Assembly (NCBI GenBank): GCA_049510745.1
Contig: JBEKYR010000019.1
Location: 1 to 64,000, forward strand
Reading direction: 5' to 3'
DNA length: 64,000 nt
DNA from: Verrucomicrobiota bacterium
Lineage (GTDB): Bacteria > Verrucomicrobiota > Verrucomicrobiia > Limisphaerales > Palsa-1400
In this document: positions 47,116 to 57,070 of the stretch, one piece after another
Layout: every line of letters starts with the position of its first letter
Numbering within the stretch: the first letter of the stretch is position 1
Notes under the pieces: model-generated
The model's database searches: none
Seen by the model: only the letters and a program-made list of their open reading frames with translations
Told to the model about the DNA's origin: nothing
Made by a program: the position numbers and the translations under genes

Positions 47116-49970
47116 AACCCTGCCCCGCTTTGGCTGCCGCGTTTTTGGCGGCGGTGGCCGCCTCGGTAACCGCGGCTCCGGCCCAAAGTTCGCTGGAAGA
47201 TTGCTGGAATAATCCCCCCGTCGAAGCGCGCCTCCGGGCTTATTGGTGGTGGCTCAACGGCAATGTGACCAGGGAATCCATCACCCATGATCTGGAGGAG
47301 ATGAAGGCCAAGGGGTTCGGCGGCGCCGTCATCTTTGACGCCAATGGCGCGAGCCAGGAAGGCAACGGCCCCGTGCCGCATGGCCCGACTTTTTTTACCC
47401 CGGACTGGCGCGAACTTTACAAGCATACCCTGCGCGAGGCCGATCGGCTTGGCCTGGAAATCAGCCTCAATATCCAAAGCGGCTGGAATCTTGGGGGTCC
47501 CATCGTCAAGCGCGAGGATGCCGCCAAGGAATATGTCTGGTCCGAAACGAAGCTCACGGGCGGCGCGCGGATCGAGCAGCCTCTGCCTTCGCCCAGGGCG
47601 CGGCAACATTTTTACCGGGACACTTTTGTCGTCGCTTATTCCCTCAAGGCCGGCGCGATTGCGGCCAAGCCGTTGCAGAATTGGAAGCAGAAGGCGTTGC
47701 AGGCGCCGCTCCAGCCGTTTTCGACGCCGGATTCGTCGCCGTTGTTTGCCGAAATCGCGGCCACGCCGGGCGAGGAAGACGCGCGCACGGTGGGTGTGGT
47801 TGATTTGACCGGAAAGCTCGGCGCCGATGGCGTGTTGCGCTGGGACGCGCCGCCGGGCCAATGGCAGGTCTTGCGTTTCGGCTACACGATAGGCGCCCAT
47901 GCTGAGGTTTCGACTTCCAGCGAGGGGTGGAATGGCTACGCCCTCGATGTCTATGACGCGGGCGCGTTTGAGCGTTACTGGGAGGCGATTGTCGAGCCGC
48001 TCATTGCCGATGCCGGGCCGCTGGCGGGCCGCACTTTGAAGTATCTGCACACGGACAGTTGGGAAATCGAACTGGCCAACTGGACGCCGGCGTTGCGCGG
48101 GGAATTTCAGAAGCGGCGCGGTTATGACCTGGCGCCGTGGCTGCCGGCGCTGGCGGGGCGGATTGTCAACAGCCGCGATGAGAGCGACCGTTTCCTGGCC
48201 GATTACCGCAAGACGCTGGGCGACCTGGCCATCGACAATCATTACCGTTTGTTCTGCGACAAGGCCCACCAGCACGGCCTGCTGATTCATCCCGAATCCG
48301 GCGGGCCGCACGCGGTGCCCATCGACGCGCAACGATGCCTGGGCTGGGACGACGCGCCGATGAGCGAATTCTGGGCGTGGTCGTGGGAGCACCGCATTGG
48401 CGACGAGAACCGCTTTTTCATCAAGCAACCGGCCAGCGCGGCGCACACTTACGGGCACAGGCTGGTCTTCGCCGAGGGATTCACCGACATCGGGCCGCAC
48501 TGGCAGGAATCGATCTGGTCCAATCTCAAGCCGTCGTTTGACAAGGCGTTGTGCGAAGGTTTGAACGTGCTGGTGTGGCACGCCTTTGTTTGTTCGCCGG
48601 ACGACACCGGCATCCCCGGCCAGCAGTATTTTGCCGGCACGCACCTCAATCCCAAGGTGACGTGGTGGGGGAAGTCGCAGGCCTTTTTCAGCTACATCAA
48701 CCGCTGCCAGGCCCTGTTGCAACAGGGCCTGCCCTTCGCCGACGTGCTTTATTATTATGGCGACCACGTCCCGAATTTCGCCCAGTTGAAAAAATCCGAT
48801 CCTGCGAAAATTCTGCCCGGCTACGACTACGACGTGATCACCGAGGAGGCGCTGCTGACGCGCGCCGGCGCGCGCGACGGACAAATCGTCCTGCCCGACG
48901 GCATGAGCTACCGCATTCTGGCGCTGCCAAACAGGAACTCGCTCTCGCTGCCGGTGCTGCGGAAGTTGAAGGAACTGGTGGCGGCGGGGGCCACGGTCAT
49001 CGGCCCGCTGCCCGCCGAAGCCAGCGGACTGCAGAATTATCCAAAGAGCGATGAAACGTTGAAGGGGCTGGCGGGCGAGTTGTATGGCGGCAGCGGCATC
49101 ATCACCAATCAAACCGCGCGGCAGGTCCTGCTGGCCAAGGGCCTGGCGCCGGATTTTGAATGGACGGCCAGCAGCGAGACCGGCGCGAAGCCGGAAATCG
49201 ATTTCATCCATCGCACGGCCGCCGGGGCGGAGATTTATTTTGTGGCCAATCGTTCCAGCAACGCGGTGGCGCTGGACTGCTCCTTCCGCCTGCATGGCCT
49301 GGCGCCGGAATTGTGGGACGCAGTCAGCGGCGAACACCATTTCGCGGCGGCTTACGCCGAAAAGGCCGGACGCACGACGCTGCCGCTCCATTTGGATCCG
49401 TGCGGCTCGATGTTCGTCGTTTTCCGCCAAGCGGCGGCGCAGGCCCCGCCCGCGGCGTCCGGCAACTGGCCCGAACTGGCGGTGATGAGCGAGCTTTCCG
49501 GCCCGTGGACGGTCCACTTTGACGCGCATTGGGGCGGGCCGGAGTCGGCGCAATTTGACAAACTGGAGAGTTGGACGGCGCGCGCCGAACCCGGCATCAA
49601 GTATTATTCCGGCACGGCGGTTTATGTGAAAACTTTCAATCTGCCTGATTCAAAACTCAAAACTCAAAACTCAAAATTGTTTTTGGACTTGGGCGACGTG
49701 CGCGAACTGGCCGGGGTCAAAGTCAACGGCCGCTCCTGCGGCATCGTCTGGACGCCGCCGTTCCGGGTGGACATCACCGGCGCGGTCAAGCCGGGGGAGA
49801 ACGCGCTGGAAATCGAGGCGGTGAACTTTTGGCCCAACCGGATCATTGGCGATCAATCCCTGCCGCCAAACGCGCGGTTCACCCGGACGAACATCCGGCG
49901 ATTAAGGAAAACCACGCCCCTGATGGAGTCCGGCCTGCTCGGCCCCGTCCGGCTGCTCTCGGAAAAGTAG
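47112..49970 (+). CDS. GH106 alpha-L-rhamnosidase-like glycoside hydrolase
   Basis: WWWLNGNVT..IT.DLE.MK..GFGG, SGWNLGG, HTDSWE, PMSEFW, SAAHTYG, FAEGFT, SGLLGPV. Confidence 0.85.
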   Translation: MKPCPALAAAFLAAVAASVTAAPAQSSLEDCWNNPPVEARLRAYWWWLNGNVTRESITHDLEEMKAKGFGGAVIFDANGASQEGNGPVPHGPTFFTPDWRELYKHTLREADRLGLEISLNIQSGWNLGGPIVKREDAAKEYVWSETKLTGGARIEQPLPSPRARQHFYRDTFVVAYSLKAGAIAAKPLQNWKQKALQAPLQPFSTPDSSPLFAEIAATPGEEDARTVGVVDLTGKLGADGVLRWDAPPGQWQVLRFGYTIGAHAEVSTSSEGWNGYALDVYDAGAFERYWEAIVEPLIADAGPLAGRTLKYLHTDSWEIELANWTPALRGEFQKRRGYDLAPWLPALAGRIVNSRDESDRFLADYRKTLGDLAIDNHYRLFCDKAHQHGLLIHPESGGPHAVPIDAQRCLGWDDAPMSEFWAWSWEHRIGDENRFFIKQPASAAHTYGHRLVFAEGFTDIGPHWQESIWSNLKPSFDKALCEGLNVLVWHAFVCSPDDTGIPGQQYFAGTHLNPKVTWWGKSQAFFSYINRCQALLQQGLPFADVLYYYGDHVPNFAQLKKSDPAKILPGYDYDVITEEALLTRAGARDGQIVLPDGMSYRILALPNRNSLSLPVLRKLKELVAAGATVIGPLPAEASGLQNYPKSDETLKGLAGELYGGSGIITNQTARQVLLAKGLAPDFEWTASSETGAKPEIDFIHRTAAGAEIYFVANRSSNAVALDCSFRLHGLAPELWDAVSGEHHFAAAYAEKAGRTTLPLHLDPCGSMFVVFRQAAAQAPPAASGNWPELAVMSELSGPWTVHFDAHWGGPESAQFDKLESWTARAEPGIKYYSGTAVYVKTFNLPDSKLKTQNSKLFLDLGDVRELAGVKVNGRSCGIVWTPPFRVDITGAVKPGENALEIEAVNFWPNRIIGDQSLPPNARFTRTNIRRLRKTTPLMESGLLGPVRLLSEK
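49650..49677 (+). repeat. Intragenic heptamer tandem repeat (TCAAAAC)3 + TCAAAAT
   Basis: Read directly; it encodes SKLKTQNSKL in frame. Confidence 0.85.
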
Positions 49971-50185
49971 AAGGAGCGAAGCCGGCTTCACACCGGCGTC
50001 ATTGAGAACTCGACCAATCTCACCAGTTGGAGCATCCTCGCGCCGCTGTCGGTGACAAATGTTTCCGACCCGGGCAATGCCTGGTTGCTCCAGGCGAATT
50101 CTCCGGCGCAGTCCGCACCGGAGTATTTTCGGATTCACTAGATGTGGCCCGGCCTTTGAAATCCGGGATCAAGAAGCAGTCAAAT

Positions 50186-51661
50186 ATGAAAAACTCCGTT
50201 CGACGCAAAGTTGGCGCCGACCTGCACCGGAGCGTCACGCCCGCGGTGCGAGTCGGCCTTTTCGGTATTGGGCTGGACGCTTACTGGCCGCAGTTCCCCG
50301 GGTTAAAGCGGCGGCTGGAGAGCTATCTGGCCGTGGTGGAGAATCAATTAAAGCGGCCCGGCGTCAAGCTGATCAATCTCGGTCTGATCGATACGCCGGC
50401 CAAAGCCCTGGAGGCCGGGCACCGGTTCCGGCGGGAGGACGTGGATTTGATTTTCCTGCACGTGACCACTTACGCGCTTTCGGCCACAGTGCTGCCGGTG
50501 GTGCAACGGGCCAAAGTGCCCGTGATTGTTCTCAATTTGCAGCCGGCGGCGGCCATTGACTACGCCGCGTTCAACAAAATGGGCGACCGCGCGGCCATGA
50601 CCGCCGAATGGCTGGCCCACTGCGCCGCCTGCCCCGTGCCGGAAATCGCCAACGTCTTCCAACGCTGCGGCATCCGTTTTCACCAGGTGACCGGAATGTT
50701 GCGCGACGACCCGGCCTGCTGGAACGAAATCGCAAGCTGGATCGACGCCGCGCAGACGGCCCGCGTCATGGCCCACAATCGCCTGGGGGTGATGGGGCAC
50801 TACTACGGCGGCATGCTCGATCTTTATTCCGACTTGACTCAGCAATGCGCCGTTTTTGGCGGGCACATCGAAATGATCGAGGTGGACGAATTGGCGGCCT
50901 TGCGGCGCAAGGTCAGCGGAAGCCAGATCGCGGCGCGGGTGGCGAAGTTTCACCGGCTGTTTGACGTTCAACCGGATTGTCCGGCCGAGGAATTGCGGCG
51001 GGCAGCCCGCACGTCGGTCGCATTGGATCGGCTGGTGCAGGCGCATGATCTGGGTTCCCTGGCCTACTACTACATGGGCGAGGGCAACGCGGAGAACGAG
51101 GATGCGATCAGCTCCATCATCCTCGGCAACTCGCTCCTGACGGCGCGCGGCATCCCGGTGGCCGGCGAGTACGAAATCAAAAACGCGCAGGCGATGAAGA
51201 TCATGGACAGCTTTGGCGCGGGCGGGTCCTTCACCGAATACTACGCCCTGGATTTCACCGACGACGTGGTTTTGATGGGGCACGACGGACCCGGCCACAT
51301 CGCCATCGCCGAGGGCAAGACCAAAGTGCGCCCCCTGGGGATTTTCCATGGCAAAGTGGGCCGGGGACTGTCCGTGGAAATGTCGGTCAAACACGGGCCG
51401 GTCACGCTCCTTTCGGTGGTGCAAAGCGGGGATGGGCGGCTGAAACTCTTGTCCGCCCACGCCGAATCGGTGCCGGGTCCGATCCTGGAAATCGGCAACA
51501 CCAACAGCCGTTATCGCTTTCCGCCGGGGGCGCGGGAATTTGTCAATCGCTGGAACTCGCACGGCCCGGCCCATCATTGCGCGGTGGGAGTCGGGCACAT
51601 TGGGGACAAGATCGACAAACTCGCCTCGCTCCTGGGCATTGAATCGGTGCGCGTGTGTTGA
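50186..51661 (+). CDS. L-arabinose/L-fucose isomerase family protein
   Basis: GLFGIGLDAYWPQF, AGEYEIK, SFTE, GHDGPGH, GPAHH. Confidence 0.8.
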   Translation: MKNSVRRKVGADLHRSVTPAVRVGLFGIGLDAYWPQFPGLKRRLESYLAVVENQLKRPGVKLINLGLIDTPAKALEAGHRFRREDVDLIFLHVTTYALSATVLPVVQRAKVPVIVLNLQPAAAIDYAAFNKMGDRAAMTAEWLAHCAACPVPEIANVFQRCGIRFHQVTGMLRDDPACWNEIASWIDAAQTARVMAHNRLGVMGHYYGGMLDLYSDLTQQCAVFGGHIEMIEVDELAALRRKVSGSQIAARVAKFHRLFDVQPDCPAEELRRAARTSVALDRLVQAHDLGSLAYYYMGEGNAENEDAISSIILGNSLLTARGIPVAGEYEIKNAQAMKIMDSFGAGGSFTEYYALDFTDDVVLMGHDGPGHIAIAEGKTKVRPLGIFHGKVGRGLSVEMSVKHGPVTLLSVVQSGDGRLKLLSAHAESVPGPILEIGNTNSRYRFPPGAREFVNRWNSHGPAHHCAVGVGHIGDKIDKLASLLGIESVRVC

Positions 51662-51772
51662 ATTAAAGTCCCGGCTGTGTTTCCTAAAGTTTTTCCGCCG
51701 CCCGTCCGATGCCAAAGCGGGACGGTGATGCTCTCGCGCCGTCCGGCATGACACGAAGCGGGGGTTTACCGA

Positions 51773-53398
51773 ATGAAGAAACAGATTTGTTTCGCCGGCT
51801 TTGCCGAGGCGGAAGTGGCCGCGTTGCAGCCTGCGCTCGCGGCGCTGGGGGGCGCGTGGGAGTGCGTGTTTTCACCCGACGCGGCCTCGGCGCTGGCGGC
51901 GCTGGCGGCGGCTCACTTCGACGCGGCGGTGGCCAACTTGAGCCAGGGCGGAATCAACGATGCGGAACTCCTGCAGCAGGCCGCCGTCCGGCATCCGCGC
52001 ACGTTGCGGTTTGTGCTGGGAAACGTTGCGGATCGGGAACTCATTGTCAATTGCATGGGCGCCGCCCATCAGTTCATTTCCAGGCCCTGGAAGCCCGCGG
52101 AGCTGGTTTCCATCATTGAGCGCAGCCTGGCCCTGGATGCCTGGCTCTCCAACGACAAATTGCGTTCGTTTGTGCCGCGGCTGGGAAAGCTTCCCGGCCT
52201 GCCGGCCACCTACTTTGAGGTCCTCAAACGAGCCGAGTCCCCCCATTCCAGCGTCGAGAGCATCGCCGAAGTCATCGCCCGCGATCCGGCCCTGACGGCG
52301 CGGCTGCTGCAAATGGTCAACTCCCCCGCTTGCGGCTTGACCGAAATCATCACCAGTCCGGCCGAGGCGGTTTCCATGTTGGGATTGGAAACGGTCAAAT
52401 CCCTTGTCCTCTGTTTGCAGTTGTTCGCCTACTCCGCTCCGGCGCAGGGGGCGAGCCTTTCGCTGGACCAACTTTGGCGCCACAGTTTCCGCGTGGCCAA
52501 ACTCGCCTCCAAGATCGTCCTGCGCTGCATCGCCAGCGAGCGCATGGCCAGCGACGCCTACACGGCCGGTCTGCTCCACAACATCGGGCAAATCGTTCTG
52601 GCCACGAATCTTTCCCGCGAATACTCCGCCGTGGTCGAAGCCGCCCGCAACCGACAGTGCCCGTTGCAGGAAGCGGAATTGGAACAACTGGGCGTGACCA
52701 GCAATCAGGTCGGAGCCTATCTGCTGGGTTTGTGGGGCATGCCTCTGCCGCTGGTGGAAGCCACGGCCCTCCATCATGCCCCCGCTTCGGCACTGTCAAT
52801 TGAATTCTCGATGGTCACCGTCGTCCATGTCGCCAATGTCCTGGCCCACGAGGAAAACGGGCGCGTCAACGGACTGCCCCTTCCGAAACTGGACGCCGAT
52901 TACCTGGCCACGCTGGAATTGCCAAAAAAGACCGACGCCTGGCGCAAACTCCTCGCCGCCGCCCCGCCGCTCAACGAGTCCGGTGGGGAGACTCGCGCCG
53001 CGCGCCGCGCGCCCGCAGCGGCGCCCGCGCAAAAAGAGGGCGCGCGCCCGGCCGGCAAGCTCCTCGTGGTTGCGGGGATCGCCGCGATCCTTGTGGCTGG
53101 CGTGGCGCTAAGGCGGAATGTCGTTCCCGTCCCGCAGCCAGCCGCTCCCGCGGTCGCGGCGGAACTTTCGGCATCGCCGGGAGGAACCGAACCGACCAAA
53201 CCGTCCACGGACGCGTCACCGTTTAATTCGATCACCGTCCAAAGTATTCTTTATAGTGCCGGGCACCCGGTCGCGCTGATCAACGGCCAGGCCCTCGATG
53301 TCGGAGAGCGCATCAACGGCGTGCAAGTCATCTCGATAGAACCCTCCAACGTGGTCCTGGCCTGCAACGGCGAACAGAAAACGTTCAGGCTAAAGTGA
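51773..53398 (+). CDS. Receiver-like / HDOD-domain protein with C-terminal TM helix and extracytoplasmic domain
   Basis: LPGLP, IARDPALTARLLQMVNS, LWRHS, AGLLHNIG, GAYLLGLWGMP, HH; then a TM helix and ALINGQ.L.VG. Confidence 0.85.
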   Translation: MKKQICFAGFAEAEVAALQPALAALGGAWECVFSPDAASALAALAAAHFDAAVANLSQGGINDAELLQQAAVRHPRTLRFVLGNVADRELIVNCMGAAHQFISRPWKPAELVSIIERSLALDAWLSNDKLRSFVPRLGKLPGLPATYFEVLKRAESPHSSVESIAEVIARDPALTARLLQMVNSPACGLTEIITSPAEAVSMLGLETVKSLVLCLQLFAYSAPAQGASLSLDQLWRHSFRVAKLASKIVLRCIASERMASDAYTAGLLHNIGQIVLATNLSREYSAVVEAARNRQCPLQEAELEQLGVTSNQVGAYLLGLWGMPLPLVEATALHHAPASALSIEFSMVTVVHVANVLAHEENGRVNGLPLPKLDADYLATLELPKKTDAWRKLLAAAPPLNESGGETRAARRAPAAAPAQKEGARPAGKLLVVAGIAAILVAGVALRRNVVPVPQPAAPAVAAELSASPGGTEPTKPSTDASPFNSITVQSILYSAGHPVALINGQALDVGERINGVQVISIEPSNVVLACNGEQKTFRLK

Positions 53399-53643
53399 TT
53401 TAGCCACCTTGGGCGCAATGAACACATAGACAAGCAGTTGCAGAATTTGTGGGCCAGCAAATTGTCTGATCTTTCGGCACGATCATCCCTGTCGGTTAAT
53501 TCTTCGGTAGGGCGGAGTTGCTGCTCGGGAGCACGACAAAAAACTTCGCTTGGCCGAATTCATTGGGGATTTGGCAGAATAGTGTATGCGGTCCAAATAT
53601 ACTCCCCCTTGGACGGCCAACCTAATAGAGGAAACCAGCCTTT

Positions 53644-53880
53644 TCGCGCAGAGGCGCAGAGCGCGCAGAGAAAAACTGTTTTCTTACTCCCTCTCTGCGC
53701 CCTTTGCAGTGCTATGTCGGGGAGTTTTGCTTTTTTAACAAAATTTTCCGACAGGATGAACAAGATGAACAGGATGAAGATGGAAATTCTCTTTTCTGAA
53801 TCTGTTCTCAATCCTGTTCATCCTGTTCATCCTGTCCGTCTTTTTTTGGTTGCGGCTGCCGCGCTGGGCCTCTGTGCGAG
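53644..53880. repeat. Nested inverted arrays of 9-mer repeats (GCGCAGAG and CAGGATGAA types)
   Basis: CGCAGAGGCGCAGAG..CTCTCTGCGC; inner GACAGGATGAACAAGATGAACAGGAT / ATCCTGTTCATCCTGTTCATCCTGTC; outer partner GGCCTCTGTGCGA. Confidence 0.7.
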
Positions 53881-54143
53881 TATTCCCACTCGGAGCGTTG
53901 TCACGCACCGGGGACGCTTCATTCCCTGGTCGGCACAACACGAAGAAATTTGTCCTGCTGTTGCGCCCATTCTCTCTTTCTTTGCGCTCCTTGATCTTTG
54001 CGGTAATCCTCACTTGCCTCCGAGTTCAATTTCGTGACCCAAGCAATGGCCAGCCGGGCAGCAAAACATGCCGAGCTGGACAAGGTGCTCGTCGGTAAGG
54101 CACTTTCCAAATGGATCAAAACTCAAACCACGAATATAAATAA

Positions 54144-54479
54144 ATGAATATGAACAGCACCGAAAAACTCGCTGAACTCCGGGCACTCCAAGCCAAAGCT
54201 GACGTCATCCGCCAAGAACTCGGAATCAGTCCGCGGGGCCAATTGCTATTTCTGGCAACTCCAGATGCCATCTCCGCCGACGTGGTTGTCGTTGAACCCG
54301 ACGGATTTGGTGGCGCAACAACAAGCGTTGTTGAGGGCAACTACCCAGTGGATTACGTTACGAAGTTTGAGAGGACTTTCCCGACTGAGGAAGAAGCTGT
54401 CGCGACCGCCGAAGCTCTGGCCTTCCAAGGCGCCAGCGCAAGCCAGGTCCTCGGCGCTCTTGCAGAGTCCGTTATTTGA
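54144..54479 (+). CDS. Hypothetical protein
   Basis: 111-aa ORF after an AT-rich leader, converging on the nuclease gene. Confidence 0.5.
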   Translation: MNMNSTEKLAELRALQAKADVIRQELGISPRGQLLFLATPDAISADVVVVEPDGFGGATTSVVEGNYPVDYVTKFERTFPTEEEAVATAEALAFQGASASQVLGALAESVI

Positions 54480-55404
54480 GGACGCTCGCATACTCTCGCC
54501 GAAACTCATCATATACTATGCGCAGCACCTTTTCGCGGTCTTCTTCGTCGTCAAATTGCTGGCCGAGCTTCATCAATTCAGCTTTCGAAATCGACTGAAT
54601 CTTCATGTTGATGAGGAATTCCTTGAACTCTTGCCTGATGTCATCAATGACGAGAATGACGTTTCCATCCTCAAGTCGCTGCCGGTCGAAATTGGCCTGA
54701 AGTTCTGACACGATGGCATTGCACGTCTTCTGGCTTTCGACACGCAATTTCTTGATTTGATAAACCACCCCAAAATTGGTGGAAATGTCCACTCCCTTGT
54801 CATGGGCCGCGGCTCGTGAATCTCGATAAATTTTGCAGGCAAACTTTTCAAGGTGAACGCGTAAGACTGCGAAACAGATGTACTCGAAGTTAGCGGGATT
54901 GATCTCAATATTCTGCTCCAAAAGCTTCAGGAACGCATCCCGGTCTGCGGCAAGTTGCGCGCGGAACTTCTTGTCCTCAAGCTTCGGAATCTCTCCGAGA
55001 CGGCCGGCGATGTATTTTTGGATGTTTGATTCCATCCAGGGAATCAATTCACGGGCAAATAGTGTGTAAGGAGCGAGCAACTCGTAGCCTTCGTCGAGAG
55101 GCTTGAGAACTCGATACTTTGGAAGGGTGCGCCTTGAATACGCATCCTCCCATTTCGCGCCGAAATGGAGCGAATGTCCCATGAAGTTCTTCAAGTAGCG
55201 GACTGCATCCGCGTAAGCTGACTGCGTCTCCGCTTCTGAGAACTTGGTCTTTCCCGTAGCTTGATGAACTTGGAGGAGGCCGAGAGTCAGTGTTGGCGCG
55301 ATGACCTTTGTCTTTGAGCGTTTTAACATTAACGAGAACTCGCGCTGACAATCAGCGAGACCTGTCACTTCCGACCTCTTTTTGGCCTTTATCTGGTTCG
55401 CCAT
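54472..55404 (-). CDS. HaeII-like PD-(D/E)xK endonuclease
   Basis: FEYICFA...KIYRDSRAAAHDKGVDISTNFGVVYQIKKL resembles the HaeII catalytic segment as I recall it. Low GC. Confidence 0.6.
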   Translation of the reverse strand: MANQIKAKKRSEVTGLADCQREFSLMLKRSKTKVIAPTLTLGLLQVHQATGKTKFSEAETQSAYADAVRYLKNFMGHSLHFGAKWEDAYSRRTLPKYRVLKPLDEGYELLAPYTLFARELIPWMESNIQKYIAGRLGEIPKLEDKKFRAQLAADRDAFLKLLEQNIEINPANFEYICFAVLRVHLEKFACKIYRDSRAAAHDKGVDISTNFGVVYQIKKLRVESQKTCNAIVSELQANFDRQRLEDGNVILVIDDIRQEFKEFLINMKIQSISKAELMKLGQQFDDEEDREKVLRIVYDEFRREYASVLK

Positions 55405-55794
55405 ATGAAACAAGCTTACGCAGCAATTCTCCGTTCTGCGAGCAAATTGCCATTGCCGAAAATGGCTCGAGGTGCGAATCTCAGCCTCCCGAATCGTTCA
55501 AGCGACATTGGGGTAGCTTTTTCATCATCAGCCGGGCCTGCAGCAGTCCTTTTTCGCCGCAATTTCATTACGACCCCGCCAAATCTCACGCCAAAAAAAC
55601 ATCGCGCTTTTCCTTCCGTAGGTTTTGCGACTTGACTGAACTGTGCTGAAATCGGGCCATGATACGTTCAATGTCCAAAGGAACGGAGGGTGCCGGTGTG
55701 ATGCGCTGGCGCCCCGCCGACCGGCATTCAGCCGAACCGCGAAGCGGCAAAAATTGCCGGTTCGGATCGCGTCCGACCAAGCCTCGGTCAAGGA

Positions 55795-55859
55795 AAATCA
55801 AACCAAATCAGACTAAATCAGACTAAATCAAACCCCAGAACAACAGGGGGAGGGGGGGG
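55795..55859. repeat. AAATCAGACT-type 10-mer tandem repeat followed by a G-rich tract
   Basis: AAATCAAACC AAATCAGACT AAATCAGACT AAATCAAACC ... GGGGGAGGGGGGG. Confidence 0.65.
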
Positions 55860-55996
55860 CCAAACCCAGCGGTCAAGCCTGGTCAAATCAAGCCACAGGG
55901 GTGGTCCAATCCGTGCCCGTCCATCCAGTCCATTCATTTGCTCATTCCCAAACTTGTAACTTTGGCCCGTTCACGGCATCCTTTCCCCGAAACGCA

Positions 55997-57070
55997 ATGC
56001 ACCGTGCTTCGCTAAAAAATGCCACTCGCATCGTGGTCAAACTCGGCACCGGCGTCCTGACCGACAGCCGGAAGCAGCCGGATTTGAACCAATTGACCCA
56101 GTTGGTCGCGCAGATCGCCGGCGTTCGCGCCCAGGGGAAACAGGTGGTCATCGTCAGCTCGGGCGCTGTGGGCGCGGGAATGGGGGTCCTGGGCTTTGAG
56201 AAACGGCCGGCGGACCTTTCCGCCTTGCAGGCCTGCGCGGCGGTCGGACAGCCGCGGTTGATGGGGATGTACGAAAAGCTCTTTGGCGAGGCGGGGTGCG
56301 GGGTGGCGCAGGTTTTGTTGACGCATAACGATCTCGAGCATCACGAGTGCCATCTCAACGCCCGCAACACCCTGGTCACGCTCCTGCGTCACGGAGTCGT
56401 GCCGATCATCAATGAAAATGACGCGATCTCATTTACGGAATTGAAATTCGGCGACAATGACAAACTGTCCGCGTTGGTCGCGTGCCTTTTGCCCGCTGAC
56501 GCGCTGATTATTTTGACGACCGTCGATGGGTTGATCGAGAATTTCGGGAAAGCCAATCCCCGCACCATCAGCGTCGTCCAAAACCTGGACGCGACAGTGG
56601 AAAAGATGGCCCGGGGAACCGACAGCGCGACGGCGGTGGGCGGGATGGCGTCGAAATTGCAGGCGGCCAAGATGGTGGTGCGCGCCGGGATTCCGCTGAT
56701 CATCGCTTCGGGCAAAAAGAAGAGCGTGCTGGCGCGGATTTTGGAGGGCCAGGATGAGGGGACGATGTTTGTCGCCCACCCGGCGAAGTTGGCGGGGCGC
56801 AAGCGCTGGATTGCTTTTTTCCATCATACCAAAGGCGCGCTGTTTGTGGATGACGGCGCGAAAAAGGCGTTGCGCGAGAACGGCAGGAGCCTGCTGCCGC
56901 CGGGCGTGGCGCGGTGCGAGGGGGATTTCGCCGCCGGCGAGGTGGTGCGCATCTGCGATCTCGACGGCACCGAGTTTGCGCGGGGCATTTGCGATTTTGA
57001 TTCCGGTGTCGTCAGCGCGCGCCAGACCCGGGAAGTTTTGGTGCATCGGGACAACCTCGTCATCTTGTGA
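55997..57070 (+). CDS. proB: Glutamate 5-kinase
   Basis: RIVVKLGT, VSSGAV, AAVGQ, PIINEND, FGDND, GGMASK, PUA domain. Confidence 0.95.
   Translation: MHRASLKNATRIVVKLGTGVLTDSRKQPDLNQLTQLVAQIAGVRAQGKQVVIVSSGAVGAGMGVLGFEKRPADLSALQACAAVGQPRLMGMYEKLFGEAGCGVAQVLLTHNDLEHHECHLNARNTLVTLLRHGVVPIINENDAISFTELKFGDNDKLSALVACLLPADALIILTTVDGLIENFGKANPRTISVVQNLDATVEKMARGTDSATAVGGMASKLQAAKMVVRAGIPLIIASGKKKSVLARILEGQDEGTMFVAHPAKLAGRKRWIAFFHHTKGALFVDDGAKKALRENGRSLLPPGVARCEGDFAAGEVVRICDLDGTEFARGICDFDSGVVSARQTREVLVHRDNLVIL

Noticed and set aside
51650..51700. Isomerase ending VC-TGA (and the 36556 gene ending CAWP-TGA) as Sec candidates
   Set aside because: No matching hairpin downstream, and the proteins appear complete.
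53438..54037. 199-aa ORF and overlapping short ORFs
   Set aside because: They are translations of repeat arrays (NPVHPVHPV, LCALCA), not credible proteins.
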